Positions 48,675 to 57,206 of a stretch of 64,000 bases of DNA are shown in pieces. The notes under the pieces are model-generated. The model was not told the DNA's origin. It saw only the letters and a program-made list of their open reading frames with translations, and made no database searches. Position numbers and translations under genes: made by a program. This stretch comes from a virus (lineage: Duplodnaviria > Caudoviricetes): IMG/VR virus record IMGVR_UViG_3300027996_003878. One strand, given 5' to 3'. Each line of letters begins with the position of its first letter. Position 1 is the first letter of the stretch.

Positions 48675-48741
48675 AACTTTGAACTCCTCATGATTATAAA
48701 TTTAACCACTGAAGCTCACAGTGCAAGTTTTTTAATAATTA

Positions 48742-49152
48742 CTAGTGCTGTTTTTTTATTTTTTGAGCAATTTTTAATAATTTATCACTTCTTGAGATAC
48801 TAGAATCTTTTAACAATTCAACCTTATCTCCTAATTTAATTTTAAATTTGATTGCATGGCCAAAAGGTAACTCGATAACCATGTCAGAAGGCTCATTCGG
48901 GCCAACAGACTCTGTACTGAAGGGCACTCCCTTACAGATATCTATAATCTTACCTTTTTTACAGAAAATGATATCTAAAGGCGACGGCGTATCCTTCATC
49001 CAAAACTTCCTAACCATTGGAGTTCTGTAGGGAAAGACCATGCAATTTGGCGGCCACTCAACGCCCATCAATCCCTTTTGATACTCAAGTGAGCAAGTGG
49101 GAATAATTACATCAAAAATATGTTCATTTATTTTTATAATACCAGACTTCAT
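48742..49152 (-). CDS. DUF192 family protein
   Basis: KGLM..MVF..FWMKDTPSPLDIIF..VIELPFG. Confidence 0.88.
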   Translation of the reverse strand: MKSGIIKINEHIFDVIIPTCSLEYQKGLMGVEWPPNCMVFPYRTPMVRKFWMKDTPSPLDIIFCKKGKIIDICKGVPFSTESVGPNEPSDMVIELPFGHAIKFKIKLGDKVELLKDSSISRSDKLLKIAQKIKKQH

Positions 49153-49203
49153 TACTACCAACCTTGCTAATTAATATTATATAGTTAATAACAAATTATT
49201 AAT

Positions 49204-49857
49204 TTATTTTATCTTTGATGCCTTGTCAGTAATTTTCTTTTTTTTTAATGGCTTATCAATAAGTCTAGGTATGTCTTTTTTAGGTCTTATTATTTTATCA
49301 ATTAAACCATAATTCAGCGCCTCTTCCGCTGTAAAATATTTATCCGTAACACAGTCTTTTCTTATTTTGTCCAAAGTCTTGCCGCAATGTCTGGCCAAAA
49401 TATTCATAAGCACTTCGTTCAACTCCTTAACTCTATTTGATTCCAGTTCAATTTCTTTTTGACTGCCCTGAATTCCCCAAACTTGAACTGCATGAATCAT
49501 TACCTTAGAGTGCTGGTAGGCAAATCGCTTACCCTTAGTGCCTGCCGATAAAATAACAGCAGCAGCAGAGTAGGCTTCTCCTATACAAATCGTCCTAACC
49601 GGAGATTCAATAAATTGAATTGTATCATATATAGTTAATAAACCATCATTAACAGTGCCGCCTGGACTATTAATATAAATTGAAATATCTTCTTTATTAT
49701 TTTGCGAATCAAGCCAAAATAAAGTAGCAGTGAATGCAGTTGCGACTTCGGCGTCAATTTCGTCATGCAAAAATAGTATTCTATCTTTTGCTAATCGAGA
49801 ATAAATATCATATACAGCTTCACCGCCCTTGACTTTTTCATAAATCATCGGATGCAT
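49204..49857 (-). CDS. clpP: ClpP protease subunit
   Basis: DIYSRLAKDRILFL, YINSPGG, AYSAA (Ser), MIH (His), DKYFTAEEA. Confidence 0.95.
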   Translation of the reverse strand: MHPMIYEKVKGGEAVYDIYSRLAKDRILFLHDEIDAEVATAFTATLFWLDSQNNKEDISIYINSPGGTVNDGLLTIYDTIQFIESPVRTICIGEAYSAAAVILSAGTKGKRFAYQHSKVMIHAVQVWGIQGSQKEIELESNRVKELNEVLMNILARHCGKTLDKIRKDCVTDKYFTAEEALNYGLIDKIIRPKKDIPRLIDKPLKKKKITDKASKIK

Positions 49858-49904
49858 ATTTGTAATAATTAAATGTTAAAGATCTTCACGACATAAAAAG
49901 AAAA

Positions 49905-49937
49905 ATAAAAAACCCGCCAAATTGGCGGGCTTTTTTA
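49905..49937. terminator. Bidirectional intrinsic terminator
   Basis: A-tract, CCCGCCAA-A-TTGGCGGG, T-tract. Confidence 0.85.
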
Positions 49938-49959
49938 TGACTAATATTTTAAGCTTAAA

Positions 49960-50481
49960 TCAGTCAGCGGGTGAGATGTTTTCTAGTGCAGATATTTCGA
50001 TAATCTTAGGAGCAGGCGTGCTTCTTTTTTTATCTGATCTTGGACTCACTTCATGCGTGAAAATAAAATAAGCCGCAATATCGCTATTCTCCAAATAATT
50101 AGCAACGCCACACCAACCGTTAAATACAGCTTCTTTGCGAACGCCATTAAAACGAAGATCTGCAAGGTTCATTTTTACACTTGCGCGCTTTTTAACCTTG
50201 CTTGCAGAGCCACCCTTCTTATCAAAGAACGGACCATAAACAACTTGAGGCTCGACATTCCATTTTTCCACAAAAATATCTACGACATTCTTTTTAGAAA
50301 AATTATCGTTTTCGTTGTCCTTTAGCTTGTCTTTATAATCTATAGAGCGATATCTTTCAGAAACCAGCTCGTTATTGATTAACGATGAACAAACCCAAAT
50401 AACCGGGCGCGACCCCTTCGGCGCCCCTCTTTTTTTCTTTTGAATATTTTCAGATTCAGTTGAATTTTCAATTTGATTCAT
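49960..50481 (-). CDS. Hypothetical basic protein
   Basis: 173 aa; own promoter and terminator. Confidence 0.7.
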   Translation of the reverse strand: MNQIENSTESENIQKKKRGAPKGSRPVIWVCSSLINNELVSERYRSIDYKDKLKDNENDNFSKKNVVDIFVEKWNVEPQVVYGPFFDKKGGSASKVKKRASVKMNLADLRFNGVRKEAVFNGWCGVANYLENSDIAAYFIFTHEVSPRSDKKRSTPAPKIIEISALENISPAD

Positions 50482-50580
50482 TTAATTATTACCCTACCCC
50501 TGAACTTTTATTTAGTAACGTAATATTAATAATTTAAAAAAATTACTAAATAATTGTTCAGCGTTTCTTTGTACCTGAAG

Positions 50581-50609
50581 ATATTAAGCACCGCTCAAAA
50601 AGATGTCAA
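50581..50609 (-). promoter_or_regulatory. Sigma70-type promoter TTGACA-N17-TAATAT
   Basis: Near-consensus match in an intergenic gap upstream of 50481. Confidence 0.75.
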
Positions 50610-50746
50610 GAGAATGTAGTGAGATGTAGCAAAATAATCCAAAAAGCCCAGTTTTATTGAAAATTAACGAATAAAACCAATAACTTGTTAGTGTTTTGTC
50701 AATGTTCTGCAAAACCAATGACAAAGAGGAAAAAGAAACAACGATC

Positions 50747-51073
50747 TTACTTTTTTTTAAAAAAGTCTTTTTTCTCTCTAATTAAATTACTGAACTCAGA
50801 GTCAGGTATAAATTTGGTACTATTAAAGCTTTCAACATATTTTGCCTCATCTGAGAATGGTAATTTTGCAGAATGTCCATGAAATACGTAATTAAATAAT
50901 GTTCCAAAATTTTTTATGTATATAGCATTGTTATTCAATAATTCATTTTCTAAAAAATTGGAAATTATTCTACAAGAATCAATCAAATATTTTTTTGGCA
51001 CTTGGCCGTCCAACTTTTCGTATAGAATATTCACCAGCTTAGTTCTATTGATTCTCAAGATTCTCCTTTTCAA
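50747..51073 (-). CDS. HU/IHF-like DNA-binding protein 1
   Basis: RTKLVNIL..AIYIKNFGTL..TKFIP; TTG start. Confidence 0.7.
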   Translation of the reverse strand: MKRRILRINRTKLVNILYEKLDGQVPKKYLIDSCRIISNFLENELLNNNAIYIKNFGTLFNYVFHGHSAKLPFSDEAKYVESFNSTKFIPDSEFSNLIREKKDFFKKK

Positions 51074-51230
51074 TTAACTTCAATCTTGCATAAAGCTCTT
51101 CTCTAAGGGGGATGATTTTAGTATCAAGCGTGCGAACCTCCCTCATAAGTAGATCTTTTAATTTTCTTAATTTTTTTAATTCATGCTCTATATCTTCACA
51201 TGTGCAATCTTCAATATTTTTAAATTTCAT
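51045..51230 (-). CDS. Small coiled-coil protein
   Basis: 61 aa. Confidence 0.55.
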   Translation of the reverse strand: MKFKNIEDCTCEDIEHELKKLRKLKDLLMREVRTLDTKIIPLREELYARLKLIEKENLENQ

Positions 51231-51242
51231 TTAATGAAATAT

Positions 51243-51725
51243 TTATGCCAATGGTCGTTTATCCCAATTTTCACCCTTAACAATCGGGCGGCTAACATTA
51301 TCCTCAATGCGAGTTATTATACCATGCCTCCACAGCCACTTTATGGCGGTATAAGACACCTTATTCTCCTTGACGCTAGTAACCTCATCCATAATATCTC
51401 TTGGGGTCACATAAGAAGGGTGCTTTTCTTCAATAAATGTACAAATTTTTGCACACAAATTTCTCATATAATCATCAAGCTTATTTTCAGGAATATTAAA
51501 ATCTAAAGCCGGAGATCTGCCCTCCTCGGCCCCTCTAGCCTTACCGCCTAAAGTTCTGACAATTGAATTAAGCTTTAATTGACGATTTCGAAGCTTTTCT
51601 ATTTCAAATATTTCATTATCAATATCTTTAATTTCTTTCTTAGCACACTCACAGATTTCATGCGGCGCTTTTTTACCAATACTAATACACTCATTCATAT
51701 ACTCTAAAAGAAAACTATCAGACAT
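51243..51725 (-). CDS. Coiled-coil protein with C-terminal winged-helix-like segment
   Basis: VTPRDIMDEV..YTAIKWLWRHGIITR. Confidence 0.65.
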   Translation of the reverse strand: MSDSFLLEYMNECISIGKKAPHEICECAKKEIKDIDNEIFEIEKLRNRQLKLNSIVRTLGGKARGAEEGRSPALDFNIPENKLDDYMRNLCAKICTFIEEKHPSYVTPRDIMDEVTSVKENKVSYTAIKWLWRHGIITRIEDNVSRPIVKGENWDKRPLA

Positions 51726-51743
51726 TTTTCCTCCAAAAAAAAG

Positions 51744-52244
51744 TTAGCTCAACTCAGCAAGTTTAAAAATAGATTCATAAAGATAAGGACAATCGTTACA
51801 AGAAGACCATTCTATACCTAAATAATTAAACCTATCAATCACAGATAAAACATTAGCTTGCGTGAATGTATCAACATCAAACCACATTTCTTTATTTTCA
51901 TCCAGAACGATGAATTTGTTATCTACAGACCCATCGGGTAGATTAAAATCACAACTCAAAGCCATTATTTTAGAATCATCCAAGCAAATCCCAAAAAGAA
52001 ACTCGGAACTGTCATCAATAGATAAATCAACGAGACACCCATGAAATATAGAGTCCCCGAGATCTATCCTAGCTGTATAAACAGCATGAGCTACGTCACC
52101 AGAACCATCGTATGTTAATACCAACTCTTGGTTTGGCAACCGAAAAGTTGGATCAGCCAGCCCGCGACCACTAACCCCCTTAGCGCTAACCCCTACGCAA
52201 TTTAAAATATGCTTAATTATTTCATTCTTTAAAAAATGATTCAT
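51744..52244 (-). CDS. Hypothetical protein
   Basis: 166 aa. Confidence 0.65.
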   Translation of the reverse strand: MNHFLKNEIIKHILNCVGVSAKGVSGRGLADPTFRLPNQELVLTYDGSGDVAHAVYTARIDLGDSIFHGCLVDLSIDDSSEFLFGICLDDSKIMALSCDFNLPDGSVDNKFIVLDENKEMWFDVDTFTQANVLSVIDRFNYLGIEWSSCNDCPYLYESIFKLAELS

Positions 52245-52567
52245 AACTTGATTTTGAAATTAGCCAACAATGACTGGAGACTATCACTAACAATGCCAAA
52301 TGAGCCCTTAAAACCTGAAAGGTTTTGTATTTTCGGAAGCTTATCTAACTCCTCTGAAATAAAAGACTGATAGTCAAAATCATCCCCAGCCAGCTTCCGT
52401 CTTGCCAATTCCTGCATACATTCTAGAGCAAACTCTCGATTCATTCCTAATGATTTATATATTATCACTTGAGATGCTAAAAACTTAGAATCGCTCTCAC
52501 TGATTCTTTTTATTGCATCTTCAATAGATTTTTTTAAAAAAGTACCCTCGGAGCTATCTTCATTCAT
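52241..52567 (-). CDS. Hypothetical protein
   Basis: 108 aa; overlaps neighbours at both ends. Confidence 0.65.
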   Translation of the reverse strand: MNEDSSEGTFLKKSIEDAIKRISESDSKFLASQVIIYKSLGMNREFALECMQELARRKLAGDDFDYQSFISEELDKLPKIQNLSGFKGSFGIVSDSLQSLLANFKIKL

Positions 52568-52871
52568 TTAGTTTATCCATCAAACCTTTGTGCGGATCAA
52601 ATTTTGCAAAAACTTGAACTTTATTACCAGTAACAAGAGGGCTTGATACATAAAAAGAGCCAAACCCACGCAATGAAACAACGTCACCCTTTAACATAGA
52701 AGTCCGTATTTCTTGAAAAAATGACCTTATAATAACCTTGCATAAATCCATAGAAATATTAGAATTGGCATGTAACTTAAACACCAACTCATCAAGTCCG
52801 TCCAAAGTTACAGCTCTACCGTCATATATCGAGCCAATAAAATCATCAATATCTGGATAAAATTCATTCAT
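52560..52871 (-). CDS. HU/IHF-like DNA-binding protein 2
   Basis: LDELV..ISMDLCKVII..GDVVSLRGFGSF..AKFDP. Confidence 0.8.
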   Translation of the reverse strand: MNEFYPDIDDFIGSIYDGRAVTLDGLDELVFKLHANSNISMDLCKVIIRSFFQEIRTSMLKGDVVSLRGFGSFYVSSPLVTGNKVQVFAKFDPHKGLMDKLNE

Positions 52872-53002
52872 ATTAACGATATAATAAAACCTCGTAAATC
52901 ATATATAACGTAAAAATGCTGAAAGTAATCAAAAAAATAAAGTACCGATACTTACAGCAAGGTGATTAATTAAAAATTAATCTTTTAATAAAGAGCAGAA
53001 TT

Positions 53003-53929
53003 ATGGATATTGTTATTGAACGTGGCAAAGTTGTTGATATTGAAACTCTGCCAGAATTCTCTATTGCTCTTGACGGTTATGTTCAAGGCCCCAGAATCGA
53101 TTCAAAACACAAAAGATATAGTTTCGATCATCACGGAGACTGCATTCGCTTTTGCACCACTTCAGCCTGCATGCAAACTTGGACCGCAATACTCTTAGGT
53201 CTAAATCCCCAAGATTACACAGTATTTGCAAATGATATCGATGCTGATGTCTGCGTCAGCGTATGGTGCCTAAAAAACCCCGAAAGATGCACAGAGCCAC
53301 TAGTGAAGAAGCTCGTAGATGCCGTTGGCATAGGCGACATGCACGGAGGGGCGCTAACAAGTAATGGAATGACCAAAACGGTCGAATGGATTAGCGCTCC
53401 AGAAACTGATTCAAAAAGAAACAACGATTACCACAAGCTATCCAATGACGGCCTCGGTACTATTATGGAGTCGGTTCTCCATCGAATTGACATGTACGTC
53501 AACGGAGAGGCTTCGGCAGAAATAGCAAAGCAGGCAAAGCACGGAGAGTATAAAATTCTCAGAAATGAAAATAACTGGGTCTTAGCAGAGTCTCAGGACC
53601 CTCATGCGCTATCTTCTCTTTATCAAGGTGGTTTTGATCGTATTTTGCTAACAAGGCCTCAAGAAGACGGCTCTATCGCCGTAACAATCGCAAAGAGGAG
53701 CGACTTTATAAGCAGCTTCCCAATAACTAAAATGTATGATGAGCTTAACAAATTAGAAGATGGCTGGGGAGGAAGCTCAATTATTGGTGGTGCGCCAAGA
53801 AATGATGATGGCTCAAGAACTAGATTATCTTTAGATAAGATTTGTGAAATAATTGATAACTGCGTGCTCAATAAAAAAGTTCAAAGCGTAACAAAAAGAT
53901 CTAAAAAAACAAGATCAAAAAAAAGCTAA
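53003..53929 (+). CDS. DHH-like phosphoesterase
   Basis: ALDG, FDHH, NDIDAD, GWGG..IGG C-terminal motif. Confidence 0.65.
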   Translation: MDIVIERGKVVDIETLPEFSIALDGYVQGPRIDSKHKRYSFDHHGDCIRFCTTSACMQTWTAILLGLNPQDYTVFANDIDADVCVSVWCLKNPERCTEPLVKKLVDAVGIGDMHGGALTSNGMTKTVEWISAPETDSKRNNDYHKLSNDGLGTIMESVLHRIDMYVNGEASAEIAKQAKHGEYKILRNENNWVLAESQDPHALSSLYQGGFDRILLTRPQEDGSIAVTIAKRSDFISSFPITKMYDELNKLEDGWGGSSIIGGAPRNDDGSRTRLSLDKICEIIDNCVLNKKVQSVTKRSKKTRSKKS

Positions 53930-53933
53930 AGAA

Positions 53934-54593
53934 TTATATTAAAGTAGATTCTATACGATTCTGATTAAAGATTTGAACACACAAGCGCCCAGTTTTCTCA
54001 GGCCGAGTATTTATATTACAAGAATATGAGTAATACTTTGGAAGGCCGTCAGAGTCAGAGCTACCTCCACTTACCACATAACCAAACCTGCCATCATAAT
54101 AATGATGCCATGACTTAGAGCTTACCTCTGCCTCCTTGTCCGGCAAGATATCATTTACAAAGCAAGAATCTATATCATTTGAAATATTGTACCAAGAAGA
54201 ATTGGGCTTAATTCCCCCGTGAAGTACAGTCACGCTGTTAGTTGAATTAAATGAAAACCCCACAACTAAAGGCTGTTTCTCCATCCAAAGAACAAGATCA
54301 GTTATTTCTCTTCTCTCCCTCGCCTTTCTAATGTGAGCCAATTCATTCACACCGCGAACAAAAAATACTTTACCAGACTTTTGTAAATCAATTATTTTTT
54401 TATAAATAGAAATATCTTCAATAGTGTAATCTACACTGGAAGCATTTCCAACAAAGCATATATAATTATCCCTCAACAAAGAATCTAAAGAACCCAACAA
54501 GCCCAGCTTTTTAAAAAAAAGCTGGGCTTGTCCATTTATATTACCAAAAACAATTAACTTGCCATTATTTAAAATATCAACCTTACCAAGCAT
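53934..54593 (-). CDS. Second PPP-family phosphatase homologue with degenerate active site
   Basis: GNING/GNASSVD/RGVNE; VLHGG retained. Confidence 0.75.
   Translation of the reverse strand: MLGKVDILNNGKLIVFGNINGQAQLFFKKLGLLGSLDSLLRDNYICFVGNASSVDYTIEDISIYKKIIDLQKSGKVFFVRGVNELAHIRKARERREITDLVLWMEKQPLVVGFSFNSTNSVTVLHGGIKPNSSWYNISNDIDSCFVNDILPDKEAEVSSKSWHHYYDGRFGYVVSGGSSDSDGLPKYYSYSCNINTRPEKTGRLCVQIFNQNRIESTLI
54498..54530. repeat. Perfect 15-bp inverted repeat within coding sequence
   Basis: CAAGCCCAGCTTTTT-AAA-AAAAAGCTGGGCTTG. Confidence 0.9.
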
Positions 54594-54596
54594 ACA

Positions 54597-55328
54597 TCAA
54601 AATTTATAAGGAGTTAAAAATCCAATTTCTTCGGTAAATTGCCTCGCCATTTTCTCTTCAAGACTTTGCGCCTTGTACCCAAGCTTATGGTACAATCCGT
54701 ATTTATAACTAAGCGCATGATAAAGCTCATGAGCAAAAGCATGATGAAACTCATTCACTCTAATTTTCGCCTTCCCAAACCGAATTACGGTGCGATGTTT
54801 ATTCAACACGTCATTTCTTACATAAAGATGGCTTGATTGCCTAGAATAATAACCCCAAAGATTACCTTTACCCAACGATTTTGCCCTCTCACGAAAGCGA
54901 TACTTATAATCGTTCAAATTTCTGGCAGATCGACCTCCATCATAACTAGCAAAGGGAAGAAGAGAGACATCTATTCTTGAAGGGAGTTCATATTTATATT
55001 TATTAGACGAAACTCTTTTAATATTCAATCTAACTTTGTATTTTTTGATAAAGTGGGCAACCACATAGTTACAAGTCGCATTTAACTCTTTAACACTATG
55101 ATACGTTCTCTTTGAAATATTATACTCAATATTTGACGGACGCCACTCCACAATACGTACATTCTTACACAAATATTTAAGTTTAATTGTTTTTCGCAAA
55201 CGCTCCGATGGCATTGTCTCCTCCATACAGAAAGACTTTGACTTAAAAGTACAAGCATCCAATGCAAAAGAGTTATTTGAAAAAGAAATAACACTCAAAG
55301 CTACAAATAAAAAATAAAAAATTCTCAT
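54597..55328 (-). CDS. Secreted putative zinc metallopeptidase
   Basis: Signal peptide MRIFYFLFVALSVISFSNNSFA; HELYH (HExxH). Confidence 0.6.
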   Translation of the reverse strand: MRIFYFLFVALSVISFSNNSFALDACTFKSKSFCMEETMPSERLRKTIKLKYLCKNVRIVEWRPSNIEYNISKRTYHSVKELNATCNYVVAHFIKKYKVRLNIKRVSSNKYKYELPSRIDVSLLPFASYDGGRSARNLNDYKYRFRERAKSLGKGNLWGYYSRQSSHLYVRNDVLNKHRTVIRFGKAKIRVNEFHHAFAHELYHALSYKYGLYHKLGYKAQSLEEKMARQFTEEIGFLTPYKF

Positions 55329-55334
55329 GAATAT

Positions 55335-55362
55335 AATATAACTATTGTTATTTACATGTCAA
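55335..55362 (-). promoter_or_regulatory. Sigma70-type promoter TTGACA-N16-TATTAT, 6 nt upstream of ATG (leaderless candidate)
   Basis: Directly visible. Confidence 0.6.
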
Positions 55363-55375
55363 TATTAAATCGTTA

Positions 55376-55666
55376 CTAAATGGCTTTTTTTCTTTCTTTT
55401 TCAATCCGAGAGCTTTGCCAGTGCCAAATTGTTTTTTGTAGCTCCGAGTAAGAATTTATATTTAAATTTGAAGAAAGAAAGCAAATAATCATAACAATTT
55501 CGCCATAAACTACTCCGATAGCCTCCTCAGACAACTCACCGCTGATAAGCTCACTGATAAGATTGTTGAGCCTGGCCGCGCTATCCAGAAGTGATAGATT
55601 GTGCTTTTCAGCCTCACGCTCAGCTTCCTCCCACAAAACCTCAAAATGCTTCAAATTAGACCTCAC
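55376..55666 (-). CDS. MazG-like helical protein (divergent)
   Basis: LWEEAE..EEAIG..YGEIVMIICFLSSNLNINSYSEL. Confidence 0.4.
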   Translation of the reverse strand: MRSNLKHFEVLWEEAEREAEKHNLSLLDSAARLNNLISELISGELSEEAIGVVYGEIVMIICFLSSNLNINSYSELQKTIWHWQSSRIEKERKKAI

Positions 55667-55670
55667 AAAT

Positions 55671-55705
55671 AAAAAACCCTTGTTTTTTTATAACAAGGGT
55701 TTTAT
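55671..55705. terminator. Intrinsic terminator
   Basis: AAAACCCTTGTT-loop-AACAAGGGTTTT. Confidence 0.8.
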
Positions 55706-55730
55706 TTTTCTTTATTATTTATACGCCGCT

Positions 55731-56264
55731 TCACCTTGCAATGCTATAAACATAAGATCCTCGTGTTCCATCGACAACAATATCACCACGCTTTTTCAAT
55801 TGAAACAAATAACTATTAAGCATAGATCTTTTAATATCTACCTTTTGCTGTTTTAGGTAGGACTCAAGATCTCCAGCGGAGATGCCTTTATTATGACTGC
55901 CAATGGCGCTCAAAACAGCTGAAGTTTTTGTATTAGCACGTTTTTTAGACTTCGGCTTAGCCTTATTAACATGACTTTTTACCAACCCCTTAGTCTCTTG
56001 AGGGCGCTTATTTTCTTGAGGGCGCTTGCTAGCAGGAGCTGAATCAATATCAGATGACTTTGATCGATTTTTTGACTTACGATTCAAGGACTTATTATTG
56101 TCACTAAAATTAAATGCGTCTACAACATTACGCAATTCATAATAACTTTTTTCAGCTTGAATCATTTTTCGCTGAAGATGCCCTTCAATCAAATTTCTAA
56201 ACTTTTCATCATTCTGAATCATTTCATTCAAAAGAGCTACCTGGTTTTTGGTCAATTGCTTCAT
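55731..56264 (-). CDS. DNA-binding protein with C-terminal winged helix
   Basis: ATG at 56264 with AAGGA SD; GISAGDL..LNSYLFQLKKRGDI. Confidence 0.65.
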   Translation of the reverse strand: MKQLTKNQVALLNEMIQNDEKFRNLIEGHLQRKMIQAEKSYYELRNVVDAFNFSDNNKSLNRKSKNRSKSSDIDSAPASKRPQENKRPQETKGLVKSHVNKAKPKSKKRANTKTSAVLSAIGSHNKGISAGDLESYLKQQKVDIKRSMLNSYLFQLKKRGDIVVDGTRGSYVYSIAR

Positions 56265-56321
56265 AGTTTTCCTTATCATTAAAAAGATTTTGGCCTTATT
56301 TAAAGGCCGCTTACAGAGAGT

Positions 56322-56349
56322 ATAATAATAACAAAAATACACAAGTCAA
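56322..56349 (-). promoter_or_regulatory. Sigma70-type promoter TTGACT-N16-TATTAT
   Basis: Lies immediately downstream of the terminator at 56371-56397. Confidence 0.55.
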
Positions 56350-56370
56350 TAGCATTACTTGTAAAAAAAT

Positions 56371-56397
56371 AAAAAAGCCTCAATAAAACATTGAGGC
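56371..56397 (-). terminator. Intrinsic terminator
   Basis: GCCTCAAT-loop-ATTGAGGC plus T6 on the minus strand. Confidence 0.8.
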
Positions 56398-56430
56398 CTT
56401 TAAATTTATGATTTAAAATAAATAATACCT

Positions 56431-56973
56431 TTAGTAGTCCTTAGGGTAGTCTCTGAAATTATTGAAGCTATCATTAAAGTCACGACCCGATTGGTAATCA
56501 AAACCATCAGATCCGCGATTATAATCACCACCTCGAACTACAACATCATAATTACTACGATTATAATTTTGACGTGAACGATGAGGTCGGTTGTACTCCT
56601 TAATCGGACCTACAACCTGCAATTCCTCACAGCCATCCTTACTTGTGAAGATGATAAAGATCATTCCTTTGCTGCAATCAATTGCACCTCGAAACATCAA
56701 CTTTCCAACATAAAACTTTTTCCCATACTTATCTTTTCTGGAGTCAAGGCTAACTCTAACCCTATCATTTCTTTTCGAATATTTGGAGAATGTTGTATTA
56801 TCATTATTTATAGTTGCAACCTGCAACTCCTCCTCACCATCTTCAGAAAGAAAAATCAAAAACGTCACACCGTCAGAGCAATTAATCGATCCAGGAAACT
56901 GAAGCTTCCCTAAATGAAACATACTACCGTTTTTATCTTCTCTTGGATGTAATTCTACTTTCATATTAACCAT
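56431..56973 (-). CDS. Protein with a tandemly duplicated ~55-aa beta domain and an R/G/D/Y-rich tail
   Basis: EDKNG..HLGKLQFPGSINCSDG..FL..DGEEELQV repeated as KDKYG..YVGKLMFRGAIDCSKG..FI..DGCEELQV. Confidence 0.8.
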   Translation of the reverse strand: MVNMKVELHPREDKNGSMFHLGKLQFPGSINCSDGVTFLIFLSEDGEEELQVATINNDNTTFSKYSKRNDRVRVSLDSRKDKYGKKFYVGKLMFRGAIDCSKGMIFIIFTSKDGCEELQVVGPIKEYNRPHRSRQNYNRSNYDVVVRGGDYNRGSDGFDYQSGRDFNDSFNNFRDYPKDY

Positions 56974-57050
56974 AATACCTATCCTATTTTTTTTAATTTA
57001 ACTAATTGCCTAAATAATAATCCTTGCAACAAACAATCAAGGCTACGTAT

Positions 57051-57079
57051 ATAATAACCTTAAAGGCATTCCTAGTCAA
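57051..57079 (-). promoter_or_regulatory. Sigma70-type promoter TTGACT-N17-TATTAT
   Basis: Intergenic, upstream of 56973. Confidence 0.7.
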
Positions 57080-57206
57080 GTGCAGCGTAAACCCCTAGAA
57101 TCATTGAAAAAAAATAAAGGTGTAATAAAAACATTGTAAGTTGCAATAAATCTTTATTTATAATTAAAATTATAATTAACAAAAATATATGAAATTATTA
57201 ATATTT

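Noticed and set aside
55995-56028. 18-bp-period direct repeat (TCTTGAGGGCGCTT twice)
   Set aside because: A two-copy in-frame duplication (KRPQEN/KRPQET) in a disordered linker; too short to imply function.
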